DNA from: the human T2T-CHM13v2.0 reference genome, Homo sapiens
Assembly: GCF_009914755.1 (NCBI RefSeq)
Contig: NC_060927.1
Reading direction: 5' to 3' (one strand)
DNA: 64,000 nucleotides
The position numbers and the translations under genes were made by a program. The notes under the pieces are model-generated. The model was not told the origin of the DNA. It worked only from the letters and a program-made list of their open reading frames with translations, and searched no databases. Shown here piece by piece: positions 41,301 through 54,297 of the stretch. Position 1 is the stretch's first letter. Each line of letters opens with the position of its first letter.

Positions 41301-42520
41301 TAGTGCTGTGCATAGCTGGGCCACTAAGTTTCGTGGAGACCCCAATTTGTTTTCAATAGAAAGAGAGCCTTAGATGAGGGGAGAAGCCATTGATGTGAGT
41401 CCCTTGTGCACCTGGGGCCCACAACCCTGCAGGTCCATGGTCAACGGCTCTTGGCAGTGGAGTCCCTGCTTCCAGAACACGGGCTCTCCAGCTCCCCATG
41501 ACCCACACTAGCCCATTCCCTTCATTTATGGCAACTGTTGGGCCCCTGTGGACCTCTGAGTTTTCAGCTTCCTCTGGGAGTCTTTGATCTCTAAAGACCC
41601 TTGGGCTCAGACATTGTGTTTCTGTGCTTCGAGTGACGATCTCTTTACTGAGCACCTACTGTGCGTGGCACTGCAGCCTGCTGCTTTATGTCCAAAGGTG
41701 GCAAGTGACTCTCTGCCTTTGCCTGCACAAAGCTTCCACTTGCTGGGAGCAGGTGGCAGTAACAGAGGTACACAGATTTGGGAAGTTACGTCAAGGAACT
41801 ATTTATAGAATCTTCCACACCCTGGAGACCCTTGGAGCACAGACCTCTGTCCTGAACCCCAGGCTTCTGTATCCAGTGGCTTCCTTGCATCTTCTTTGGG
41901 ATGTGCCATGAACACCCCAGACCCAGCACACCCAGGCTGAGCTCAGGAGGGAGGCTGGGGGAACTTGGCTGCGTGGGGTCCACTCCTGCCACAGTGGGCT
42001 GTGTGTTTCTGGGCTGCTGGCTCCTCCCCTGACCCCAGGCCTTGTGGAGACTGTGGCCAGATAGTACCCCCAACTCCTGGCCTGTGGTGGCTTAGTGGGG
42101 ATATGGAAACTGACCCAGGCGAGGCCAGAGAGGAGCCCTCCTAGGAAGGGGAGTGTGTGAGTGACTCGCAGAAGGCCTGGGAGCGGGTGCAGGACCACAG
42201 CGGGAAACAGAGGCCCACTTGAACTGGAAGGGCATGGGCTGGGGTGGGGAGGGGAGATATTCAATCAGGGGACTATTTCCAGAGAAAAGGGCACAGTGTC
42301 TAGAGCCCATTGTGCAGGACGTCAGGACTCAGGGCTGGTGGCCACAAGGGTACTCCTCCTGGGCCTGAGGAGCCAGGAGAGAGGAAGACAGGAACAGAGA
42401 AGAGGGCTGCGAGACGGATGCTCTAGCCAGGGGTTCTCTTCCTCTTCCAGGGACTCTACGCGGAAAATATCTTTCCCTGCTCTGAGCTTTGTGGCATTTC
42501 TTAATTCCTCTTTCAGGCCC

Positions 42521-42810
42521 GTGTCTGTGTGTGTATGTGCATGTATGTGTGTGTGCATGCGCACGTGTGTGCGCGCATGTGTGTGCATGCATGTGTATGT
42601 GCGTGTGCGTGTGCGTGTGTGTGCGTGCATGTGTGTGTGAGTGTGCATGTGTGTGCATGCATGTGTATGTGTGTGTGCATGTGCATGTGTGTGCGCATGT
42701 GTGTGTGAATGTGCATGTGTGTGCATGCATGTGTATGTGCGTGTGCGCGTGTGTGTGCACGCGCCTGGGTGTGCACATGTACACATCGGTGGACTGCCAC
42801 ATGCACGTGT
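42521..42810. repeat. Complex (TG/CATG/CG) alternating purine-pyrimidine tract
   Basis: ~290 bp, seen directly. Confidence 0.95.
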
Positions 42811-43519
42811 CTACAGGAATGTGTCATGGAGCTGCTGTGTGGTCCGGGCAGGAGGTGGTGGTGGCTTGGCCCGATGATTGCGGTGGAGACCAAAAGCTGG
42901 GGATGGGTCCCTGAGAGATGGAGAAGAACCTAGGGATTTGGCGGTGGGTTGGATGTGGGGCCAGAGAGTGGCTGGTCAGGACAGCGCCCAGGCATCTGTC
43001 TCGGGGCCCTGGCTGACTTGCAGCTGAGCAGGTGAGGGTGTAGAGGGAGCAGGGCGTCCCCCGGCTGTCCCCTGGGCCTGCCCCACAGGGAGAAGGGTGG
43101 CCCTGGACCCAGACTACAGCAGAAAGGCACCGGGCCTTCATGGCAGCCTGGAAGGAAGGTGCTGTCCTCTCTCCAGAGGTGGGTGCCAGGGGCAGCGGTC
43201 TGTCCAGGGCCTGCAGTCAGGCCTCAAAGAAGGAACTATACCAGCCCCCTCGGCTGCTGCCCCAGCCTAGGAACCCGGGGACCCTGGGTGAGTCAGGAGC
43301 CAGCCCCCTCCGTCTGCCCCAGGAGGCCCTGAGTAGGAGAGGAGGGCCCTGGGGTGGCTGAGCACCCCCAACCCTGAGACTCGCGGCCAGTGCCTCACCT
43401 CTTCCCTGCCACCTCTCCTCTGATCGCATCCAGGGAGGAGCTCAGCACTGTTCCTGCCACCGGCCCAGGGCTGTCCCACCGGGCTGGGGCAGGCAGCCCA
43501 CCTCAGCCACCAACCTCCT

Positions 43520-44280
43520 TGTCACACACACTCACCCACAAAACATACTCGCAACTCATACCCACATTCTCTCTCATAACCCTCACACACAGGCACACAC
43601 TCACATCCACACAACTCACACACACTTACACCCACACCCACACTCACAACTCACATCCAGAGTCCATCTCACAACCCTCACACCAACACAATTCTCACAC
43701 TGTCTCACACACACACTCACACCCCCCACACACAACTCATCCAGAGTTCATCTCACAACCCTCACACCCACACAACTCTCACACACTGTCACACACACAC
43801 TCACACACTCAGACCCACACTCACATCCAGAGTCTATCTCACAGCCCTCACACCCACACAACTCACACGCTCTCACACACACACACACCCCACAACTCTC
43901 TCTCACACACACAACCCTCACACCCACACAACTCACACACACACTCACACCCCACACACACAACTCACATCCAGTCTATCTCACAACCCTCACACCCACA
44001 CAATTCTCACACACTCTCTCACACACACTCACATACCCACACCCACACTCACCACTCTCACACCCACATTCTCACAACCCTCATACACAGGTGCATACAC
44101 CCACACAGCTCTCACACACACAGACTCACACTCTCACACGTGCACTCTCACATACACTCTCACACACAACTCTCATCCCACATTCTCTCACAACCCTCAC
44201 ATCCTCACACCCACACAACTCTCATATACTCACACTCACACACACACTCGTAACACAGTCCCGTGTTCTCACACATGCTC
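43520..44280. repeat. CA-rich, G-poor tract with higher-order repeat
   Basis: catccag(ag)tNYatctcaca(a/g)ccctcacacc at ~43653, 43738, 43824, 43968. Confidence 0.9.
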
Positions 44281-47200
44281 GGAGGCTCACAGCCTCCCAT
44301 ACTCATGCTTCCTCACTGTGCCGCACCCTGGGCTCCCCTGTTGCCCCACCAGCCCCCTGTGCCCACACTGCACAGTCACACTCATGAGCATGCACACTCA
44401 CTGATGCACTGCCTCATGGCCGCATCCTTAGAGGCTGGGGTCACACACAGCTGCACACTGGCTGAGCTCCCTCAGGTGCACACCCCGCTGCTCCGATCCA
44501 TGCGTTTCACCCACGAGTTTACGCAATTCCAAGTGCAAATCATTCACATGCACCTTCACTCTGGAGTTTTCACCAGAACCCTCAGGCCCCTGTGGCAGGG
44601 CGCTGTCTGCCTCCCTGGGTAGCCTGGGACACCGAGAGCCACCTGAGGTGACTGCAGTGTTCGTCCCCCCATCTCTGCAGGGCTGTATTGGGCTGGGGGA
44701 GGAGAGGGGCCTGTGACCGAGAGTGTAGGGCCGGCCCATGGGAGTGAGATGGGAGAGCACTGGGGAGCTGCTCCAAACCCACGAAGGGAGAGCTTTGTCC
44801 AGGCCAAAGCTGGCTGGGCATGAGAGAGAGCTTCCCATCACAGGAGGTATGCAAGCACTGGCCAAACCACTCTCTGATAGAGAAGGCGTGGAGGGGCCTC
44901 CAGACTGCCTTAGAGGTAGATGGGGTTGGAGGGAGAGTCCTGCAGAAGCCTCCGGCCAGACACCCTGGGAGCCAGAGGTGGGGGTAGAGGAGATGGGCCA
45001 GGGCAGAGGGGGCAGGAGAGGGCGGGCAGGGGCAGGTAAGGGTGGGGCCGGCAGTCCCGGAGGGTGGGGGCTGTCTCGCCGTGGCTGCCATAACTCAGCC
45101 GGGATGGACAGTTTCCTTTCTCCTGCCTGATTTACTGCCTGCTTTGGAGGGGTGAGGCCCATTCTTTGAACTTCAAAGGGAGCACTGAGTGCAGCCACAC
45201 TGGGGTGACAGCCTGCTGAGCTCGGGGGTCCGTCTCCTGGTCCCCTGGAGAGGCCTCGGGTCCTGGGTTTATGGACACGCACCAAGCCTTGCCAAGCCTC
45301 CATCCTCTCATCTGTAAAATGTGGTCCTAGCTCCCAGCCCCTGAGAGGACAAGATTTACCTCCATGGCCTGTTTTAAATGCCAAGGGCTGTGACACCCAG
45401 AAACCTATTCTAATTTCTTAGTCTAGGAAGCTCTGATCAGGACACGGAGGGACCTGTCACTTCTCCTGATTTTAGGTTTGCTTACGTATTTCTTCTACCG
45501 GTGATTCCTTTATCATCTTCACAAAGTCAGAAATGAAGGGAAGAATTCATATTTTTTTCTTTCCCTATTTTGCAGGTGGGTTAATTGAGGCCCAGAGACA
45601 TTAGGCCCGCCTCCTAATCACCCAGAGAGGCCTCTAGCCCCGTCGCTAGTCTCTGCCTGAAACGGCCCCAGGTCCTGTGCACACAGGGATGGGAGCCAGG
45701 CAGCATCTGTTTGCTGTTTTTCATCCCTTTTGCTGAAGGACGGGCTGGCTGCGCTTTGCCACTGAGCCCCATGTAACCACAGCCACCTTCCCCATCTCTG
45801 GGCCTCAGTTTCCTTATCTGTAAAAAGGGCCTGTACATTCGTGCTCTGAAACTGTTATTTGGAAAGAACGTCAAGCCCCATACTGGCAGCTGTGGTGCTT
45901 GGGTCAGGCCTGCAGATGTATTTTCTTTGTCCTGTGTTACATAAAACATCAGGGCAGGTGTTGACGTTCAAATGTAGGAGGTTTCCCACACAAATTTGGG
46001 TTTCCACCTTCTCTTGAAGAATTAGAAACTTTGGTTGTACTGGTGATCCCAAGCTGCTAACCTCAGGCTGGAGCTGGGGGCATTGCCCCACTAAGGAGGT
46101 GGACGTGTCTCCCACACCACACCCCTTTTGAGCCAGGGCCCTCATTAATGTGCTCTGCCTGGCCCCTAAGCTGCCTCTGTTTGTGAGTCCCAGCTCATCT
46201 GAACTAACCTTCTTGGACTCCCTGCTCTGTTTCTCACCTGCCATGTGACCTTGGGCAAGTCACTTAGCTTCTCTGAGCTTCGGAGTGGACTAAAGTATGT
46301 GATGCCTGGAGCGGGCTCAGCACAGGCCTCTTGGCATTTTGTCTGTGCTCAGGAGGCGTCATGGCTGACTGCTGCTGAGCTCGGTGGGGACAGAGGAAGG
46401 AGACCTCTGCCCTGCCCTCCTGCATGGCATCAGATGGAGGCAGTGGGCTAAGGGGAGCAGCTCAGGCTGTGAAGCCAGAGGGACCAGCAAGTAGAACCCT
46501 GGGAAATCAGAGACCCAAAGAGGTGCCATTGAGGAGGGAGGCTGGGCACTGAGAGAGCTGCTGGGAGGCCAGGAAATGGGGATAGTGTGAGAATGACCCT
46601 GCCTGAAGGGGGACAAAAAGGAGCTGGTCAGACCGCAGCTCATCTGGGAGGGGGCGCAGGGGTGGCAGGGTGGCTGGCAGAGGGCAGAGGAAGCCACCAA
46701 TGCCCTCCGACCACAGAGTGGGGATGGGACCCATGGAGGCTCTTGAGCTGGGGGCACCTCTGCTCTCCAAAGTCAACAGAGATGCGAAAGTATGCAGTCA
46801 CCTAGCGCCTCTCCTCAGAGGTTCTGGGGCCCATGGACAGACCAGTGCCAGGGGAGGGCGGGTCTGGGTCTTTAAACCTGCCCACCCTGGATGTGAAGCT
46901 GTCCCTGCCCAGGTGAGTCAGCCAGGACTTTGGGTCTCAGCTTCACCTCCATGTGGCCCTGGTAGATTCCCTTGCACCCCTGAAGCCTTGGTTTCCACAT
47001 CCATAAAACTCAGGGATGAACCACTTGGTCTAGAAGTTTCCTTCAGTGTAGGCAAGTTCTGGTTCTTCATCTTCAAGGGTGAATGTGTTCCTTAGAGGAG
47101 GGGTATGGGGGCAACTGCCTTCAGTCCCCTGCTGGTGAGTGGTGAGCGTACAGCCAGAGCTGAGGTTCTATTTGTGTGTCTGGTAGGGGGAGGGGTGGCA

Positions 47201-48864
47201 AGGGCATTCTAGGGAGAGGGAACCCTCCCAATCCATCTTTCGGTGCTGCCACTAGGCAGAAATACACAAAGACAGAATATTTGTTAAGCGTTTACTATGT
47301 GCTGGGTTTTGTGTGGGGCCCCACAGAGCAGACACCTCAGACAGAAATGCACCAACTGCCTCGTGTCCCCAAATGTGGCAGCCAAGGGCCTCCCCAGCTC
47401 GCCCAGAGAAGGGAGCTGGTTGTACCAGAAGGAAACCCTCAGTTGGGAATGTGTGCTGTCTTTTAGAAATGATTTGGGGGCCATAAATTTTCAGTGGCAA
47501 AGCAACCCTCAGACTTTTCATAACGCTGAAGAGTTTAGACTTGTCTCGAGGGGTAACAATTTCACCCAAGTAGTGCACCAGCTCCAACTATTTGTTATTG
47601 CAAAGGTTGATTTTTTTCCCCTTAAGGTGGAATCTTCAGATTTCATGCTGTGCTTTAACTTGTTTTATTTCACCCGGAACACAAATAAAAATAGCCCAAA
47701 AGATGTATGGATCGACTTGAGAGAAGTTTCTTCCTTCCTCCTTGTGTGGAGGGAGGACGGAATGTTGAGTGTTCACATGTCCTGGGCCTTGCTTTGGGCG
47801 CATGAGATCCCCTGGCAGCCTCTGCCCAGGGCTGGGTGGGGTTGTAAGGACCCCTCTAACTGGTTGCATCCTCAGGACAGCTCCCCCACAACTTAGCCAT
47901 TTTACAGTGAGGAACGAAGACTCAGAGGCATCTGGCAATCCATCCACAGTCTCACCGCTGGGCATTTTGGTAGCCAAGGTTTAAACTTAGGTCTTTGTGA
48001 CTTTAAAGCTTGTGTCCGTTTTGGGGCAAATCTCTTGAATCTCGAGTCAGCACTCACCATCTGAAGCCACGCTCACCCTCTCTCCAGCTGAAGTGGGAAC
48101 TTTGAGTGTGAACAAGATCGCAGGGGGAGAGGATGTTTAGCATAGTTGGTTCCAGGGCTGATTTGAAGTCTCCTTAAGCACCGTGGAAGCACCGTTTCCA
48201 TGCCAACAGCTGCTCTGTGCCACTTACAGGCATTTATATCTACTCGCTAAAGCAGGCCCTTAAAGAATGCCAAAGGGAGCACTTTGGGCTCAGAAGCAGC
48301 TCATTTGCATTCTCTTTGCATATCCAGTAATTTTTCTGGATTCTCCCAAAATGGGCCAGCTGACACAGTGAATGTGTTGTCTCTAGGGCCTGACTTGACA
48401 GGATAAAAGGTCTCAAAATTGTGCTGTTTGTTATCAGAAGGGAGGGTCTGCGGCTGCTGAGCCTTGTGGGAGGTAGGGGGCCTGTGGCTAAGCCCTGGCT
48501 TCTGCAGGCTGCCCCAGGACAGGGCATGCAGGCAGACACAGGGCTCAATGGGGTGGGGAGCAGATTCTAGCTCAGTCAGCCAGAATGTTCTCTAAGCAGA
48601 GCTGTTGAGATGAAAATCTTCGACTTTTGTGAGCACCACGAGGTGCTTTATGTATGTTATGGTGCATTCTCCCGTGAGTGAGACGTGGTTGTCCTATTCC
48701 ACAGATGAAGAAGGGAAGTCACTTGCTTCATGGCCAGGGAAGGGCTCCAGCAAGACATGGGCTCCTGAAAGTGACAGTGTGTGAAGGCCCGGAGAGGCAC
48801 AGGACCTGGTGAGCTGAGCGGGGGGAGAAGGCATTCCAGGGTGAGGACGGAGGTGTGGAGGGGA

Positions 48865-49184
48865 TGTATTCACTATCACAAAGAACCACCAACAGGGGAC
48901 CTTAAACAAGAGAAAGGGTTGCTTTCTCCTGCAGCCTCTCTCCTTGCTTGTAGATACCGTCTTCTCCCCGGGTCCTCACATGGTCTTTCCTCTGGGCATC
49001 TGTGTTCTAATCTCCTCTTCTTATAAGAACACCAATCAGCTTGGATTAGGGCCCACCCTAAGGACCTCATTTCACCATAATTACCTCTTTAAGGCCTGTT
49101 TGAGATATAGTTTCCATTCTGAGATACTGGGGGTTAGGACCTCAGTATGTGGATTTTGGAGGGTGACACAATGCACCCAAAGCA
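48865..49184 (-). mobile_element. MLT1A/B-like LTR with internal deletion
   Basis: aatctcctcttcttataagaacacc..ggattagggcccacccta..gagatactgggggttaggac. Confidence 0.85.
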
Positions 49185-49534
49185 GTGGAAATTGTCATGT
49201 GGGTGTTGGTGGGAACACTGAGAAGGGAAGGAAGATGTAAGACAGTGGATGGGGGAGAGCTTGGTTCTGGGAGCCTTGCCTGACAAGCTGAGGATTTGGT
49301 CCTCTCCTCCTGTGTGATGGACACATGCCATAGTCCCCATGGCAGGGAGTTTCAGGATGAAAAGGACTTTGGAAGTCAACTAGGCTGATGCCAGCTGGGT
49401 TGGACTGGGTTGGGGGTACCAGGGGAGGCAGCTGTCTTTCCAGGAGCAGCACACTCAAGTGTCGGGTTTTCTCTGAACAGGCCAGTTTTCTGGGGGCTTA
49501 GGGGCCCTCCAGTCTGGCAAAAGTAACCGGTCTT

Positions 49535-50380
49535 GCTCAGGGTGCAAGAACAACATCTGACTCATCTCCATGTGCCCAGCCTGTCACAGCACGGAGCCTG
49601 GCACGGAAGAGGCACTGATTGGTGTCAGTCAAAAACCGGATGTCGGTCAGGACACTGGCTCTGAGCAGCAGGTGGCTTCTGTTGGTTATATTTCTTGTCA
49701 GCTTAAAAAATGTGTTTTTTAGCCTGGGCTCCCAGCTAAACACAGAGCCTGAGGCAAGGGTTTAGGACTTGGCATTTTATTTTGAGGCGCAATCCCAAGG
49801 ACAAGGAGGATTGAGGGGAGTGAGATGGAAGCCCCCAAAGCCAGTCCAAGGGGGCATTATTGAGCCAGTCACTGCTGTGGGCAATGAGGGCTCAAGCCTG
49901 CTGGGGGCCCTCTGTGGAGTGTGTTGGGTGCCTCAGGATTGTCCTCCCAGGGAGGGGGTTAAGTCCTTATGGAGTGGAGCGTCCCTTCCCTCCCCGCACT
50001 TCTGGTTTGCCCATGTGTCAGCATGGCTCTGGGGGAAAGTACCCTGTCCCATGTGGCGGCTTCAGCAGGCCCATGAGAGATCATCAGGGCTGGGATGTGA
50101 GGCACTCTAGGTTGATCCTATGCAGAACTGGTTGTTGCAGACACAGCTGGAGGGCAGGCATGGCCCAGCACATGTGAGGTGGGAGACAAGAGATGTCAGA
50201 TACATTTTCCAAGCTGGCAGGAAGTATAATTAATGGAAGCCACCTGTCACTCGGAGCCAATGTCCTGGCTGACATTTGGTTTTTCACAGACACTAACGGG
50301 TGTCTCTTCCATGCCAGGCTTCATGCTGTGCCACTCTGGGCACGTGGATCTGAGTCAGGTGTTGTTATTGTATCCTGAGC
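49535..50380. repeat. 170-bp inverted repeat (49535-49704 / 50211-50380) around a solo LTR
   Basis: Base-by-base pairing: 134/170 Watson-Crick, no gaps. ORFs 49537..49743(-) and 50193..50378(+) are visibly homologous. Confidence 0.95.
49711..50204 (-). mobile_element. Solo ERVL-type LTR (LTR16/33/41 group)
   Basis: TG..CA termini; cagagcctgaggcaagggtt..tttattttgagg..aatccca..ggggagtgaga; AATAAA on minus strand. Confidence 0.65.
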
Positions 50381-52019
50381 TCTGGACGTCAGTTAAGGGG
50401 ACCATTGCCATCCTCATCGAGGAGTGCTGGGAAGAGGCCTGTATAGACTACAGGGCAGGCACAGAGCAGGGACTTGCCATTTCTGCCTGGGGTGGATATG
50501 GGGTGGTTAGGGTCCCCCCATATCAATTGTGGATCTTAGTTACAATCACCCAAAAGTGGCTCTGGCTTGGGCAGAGAGAAAGGTTTGGGTGGTTGTGGCA
50601 GCTGCTGCTGCTGATCTACCCTGCACCTGTTCTCCTCCCCTCCTGCCTGGGGGAGGGAAGTGTCACCCATGGATCAGAACCCTGGAGGCTGTGAAGGCGT
50701 GCTCTAGGCAGAATGGAGGCATCCAGGCAAAGAAGCACGAACTGAGGCCCCTGTGGGCACCTGCTAGACCCCAGATCTGAAATCTGGGGTGCTGCCATTC
50801 TTCCTGGGCACACAGATAAGCACATCCCTCAGGCTGACCTGCAGTTAGGGACTGAGTTCTGGCCCCTGGGCTGTGGACGGAAGTAATGCCTGCCATTTTG
50901 AGGTCTGGCCCAGAAAAGGCGAACTCCTCCTGCAGACAGTCTGTCTCCACTCACTGGCTGGAAGATGCCAGGGTGCCCTCCAAGCCGCACAGTGAAGACA
51001 CTGGTGCACAACATGGAAGGAACCTCAGTCCTGAAGTGACCGCGTGAAGCTGAGCCCCTTGGCCAAGCCTCCTTGAACTACAACAAGAGCGAGAAATAGA
51101 TCTTCATGGTGATGAGCTGCTGAGATTTGGGGCTGTTAGCTTTCTCCAACCAATACAAAAACTGGTAATCTGAAATGGGCATTACCAGAAGAACCTGTAA
51201 AGTGTGGCATTGGCTGTGGAGTGACAGTGTGGAAATTGATATTAGAGGCTGTGAAATATGGCAGTCCACGTTATGAAGTGGCAAAGTATTTGGGAGAACA
51301 GTTGCCTATGATAGCTGGGAAGACAGAGCATACCAGCATTGAGCCTGTAGCTCCAGGGGAAATGGTTGGAAGGAATTAACAGATTAGTGTGTCTTGGCTA
51401 CCATGGGCTGCATTTGGCAAGGTCTTACAGGAAAGAGATGAGCTCAGGAGAGTCACAGCTGGTTTGAAACAGAAACAAAAGGGAACAGAAAGAGGGGCTT
51501 TTCAGGGTTGGAAAATTAAGCACATCTGGAACTGAAACAGTAGGAAATAAGAGCGAGAGACACTTCAGACTGCAGTGAAGATTAGAAGAAGGATGTGACA
51601 TTTCCACTCAATTACATAGCCTTGAGATTGTCATTATTATTTTGGGAGGAAAAGGCAGGGAGGCAAGGAAGCAGGGAAAAAATAAATGGGGCTGGACAAT
51701 TAAGCCTAGGAAAGAACCACGGGTATGATCATTGACTGGCATATAGGACTGACAGGAGGCGAATAGATCAGAAAGTTAGCTATGGAGGGAATTGCATTGA
51801 TAAGGACACAATGATCCTGGACTCAGAAGAGTCTTTGACTGAAACTTAAAATACCCTTGGGGTCCCCTACTATCCACAAGCAGGAAGTAGGTTCCGAAAA
51901 TTCTGTGGCATCTGAGGAGGGAACTCCACTGCACTCCCACATCAGAGGCGGCCGCGGAGGAAAATTAACAAAGAAGAGCTCATAAAGGGTGAACTCGGGT
52001 CAGGGGGGAATGGAGAAAA

Positions 52020-52329
<310 letters not shown>

Positions 52330-52344
52330 GGACAAGGGGTTTTC

Positions 52345-52345
<1 letters not shown>

Positions 52346-52388
<43 letters not shown>

Positions 52389-52559
52389 CTTTAAGTTTTA
52401 GGGTACATGTGCACAATGTGCAGGTTTGTTACATATGTATACATGTGCCATGTTGGTGTGCTGCACCCATTAACTCGTCATTTAGCATTAGGTATATCTC
52501 CTAATGCTATCCCTCCCCCGTCCCCCCACCCCACAGCAGTCCCTGGTGTGTGATGTTCC
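52346..52559 (-). mobile_element. Short young L1PA (L1PA2/3-like) 3' end with (TTA)n tail
   Basis: Exact 15-bp TSD gacaaggggttttct (52331-52345 / 52560-52574). Confidence 0.95.
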
Positions 52560-52759
52560 GACAAGGGGTTTTCTAGGAGAGCAGAGCCAGAGTCTAGTCA
52601 GGGGACACCCTTGGCCGCCAGGGTAGAGAAATCTCTCAGTCCCTGCCCCTGTGCAATGGACTCTGCACAATGGACTGCTTGCTGTTGAGTGGTTGCCATT
52701 CCTTTCTCTTCGGAATAGGAGTTTTTACTGAGGTTATCTTATCCCTGCCTCACGATCAC

Positions 52760-52761
<2 letters not shown>

Positions 52762-52803
<42 letters not shown>

Positions 52804-52840
52804 TATGTGTATGTGTGTGTATGTGTGCATGTGTGAGTGT
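52762..52840. repeat. (TG)n microsatellite
   Basis: Seen directly. Confidence 0.95.
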
Positions 52841-53882
52841 AAGGGGATGATGAACACATTTTCTCTATAGTTCACAGGCCACCAGACAATGCGGTGGCTG
52901 GATGAGTTTTGGGTTGTATCCCTTGGGGAGAGAATGAGCTTTATCTATGTGTGGGAAGGAGGGCCTCATGGGTATGTGGTGGCAAGGGTGGACTGTGGCA
53001 GAGACTGCTAGTGGAGAGCAATATCCATGTCGCCTCCTTTCCTCCTGGGTACTGAACGAGGCCACATTCCCTGCTCCTAGCAGTTAGCAGGGGTCATGTG
53101 ATTGAATTATGGCCAAAGCAATGTGGGCAGAAGGGACACACACCACCTCCAGGCCTGGCCTCCAAAACCCTGCATCCTCCTCCCCATGTTCTCTGTTTTC
53201 ATTCGCCAGCTGGAGGATGCCAAAGTAAACTTGGTGGCCACATGTCAAAGACGGAGATGCACAAAATGGGAGGAACCTAGATCCCTGAATGACTTTGTGG
53301 AGCTGAGCCCCTAGGCCACCCTGCATTGGATGTGAAATGAGTGAGAAATAAACCTTTGGAGTTTCAATCCACTGTGATCTGGGGCCTCTTTGTTACAGGA
53401 TTAATTTATTTTGACTCATACACACTTCTCTTGGCCCCCTCCAAGCCTGGATGATCTTTAAAAGTCATGTTAATCTTCTGTGGAAAACTTGTGGCTGGTC
53501 CTGTTGCTCATAGAGCAGTCACAAACCCTTACTGCAGCCCACAGGGCCCAGTGCCAGCCCTCTCCTATCTTTCCAGCCCTTTCTCCTTGCCCTCTCCCTC
53601 TTGTTGTCTGTTCTCTGGTTATGCTGGCTTGCTTTCTCTCCTTCAAATATCCCACGCTGTCTTCTCCCTCAGCATTTCCCTTCTGTTCCTTCTGCCTGGA
53701 ATTCTTCTCTTGCCCTGTGTTGTCAGGGTCACCCCTAGTATCCTTTAGATCTTAGCTCAAATGTCACTTCCTCAGGGAAGATTCCCAGTTCCTTCAGGTG
53801 GATCGAGTTCCCCCCATGTGGATCTTAGTTACGATCACCCAGAAATGGCTCTGGCTTGGGCAGAGAGAAAGGTTTGGGCAGT

Positions 53883-54290
53883 TGTGGCAGCTGTTGCTGC
53901 TGCTGATCTACCCTGCATCCATTCCTCTCCTTCCTTCTTCCTAACAGACACCAGTTTAGTTCAGAGGAATGATATGTCCTTGAAGCTCCTTCCCCAGATG
54001 CCCTTCTGGCTAGAGGTGGCCACTAGACCCAGTTCTGTCTAGAGGGATGTGACACTCTGCTTGGTGGGTTCCTAAAAGGCTATTGTTTCCTGAAAAGGCT
54101 GGCACAGGCCTTTCCCTCTCTACCCTCCCATCTTCTTGCTGCCTGCGTGAGGATGAAAGCCACATACTAAGGATGGAGGACCACGAGCTGGAAAGAGCCT
54201 GTGATCTAGATGACAGCCACAAGCAGCTGCCCCAGCCCTGGCCTGCCAACCTCCAGGGAAGGCCAAAACCCTATTTGGCAAAGCATGGAA
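53883..54290 (+). mobile_element. Old MLT1 LTR
   Basis: tgtggcag..cttcctaacaga..ctagaggtggccac..ctaaggatgg..gaaagagcctg. Confidence 0.6.
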
Positions 54291-54297
54291 ACAGGGT

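Noticed and set aside
43390-44253. 287-aa His/Thr/Ser-rich ORF
   Set aside because: Translation of a G-poor CA tract that rarely forms stop codons; no domain
44428-45396. 322-aa minus-strand ORF, the longest in the track
   Set aside because: Pro/Ser/Gly-rich GC-biased composition, begins across a MIR fragment, no recognisable homology
49537-50378. Pair of homologous 61-68 aa ORFs as paralogous micropeptides
   Set aside because: Similarity simply reflects the DNA inverted repeat; many substitutions are non-synonymous
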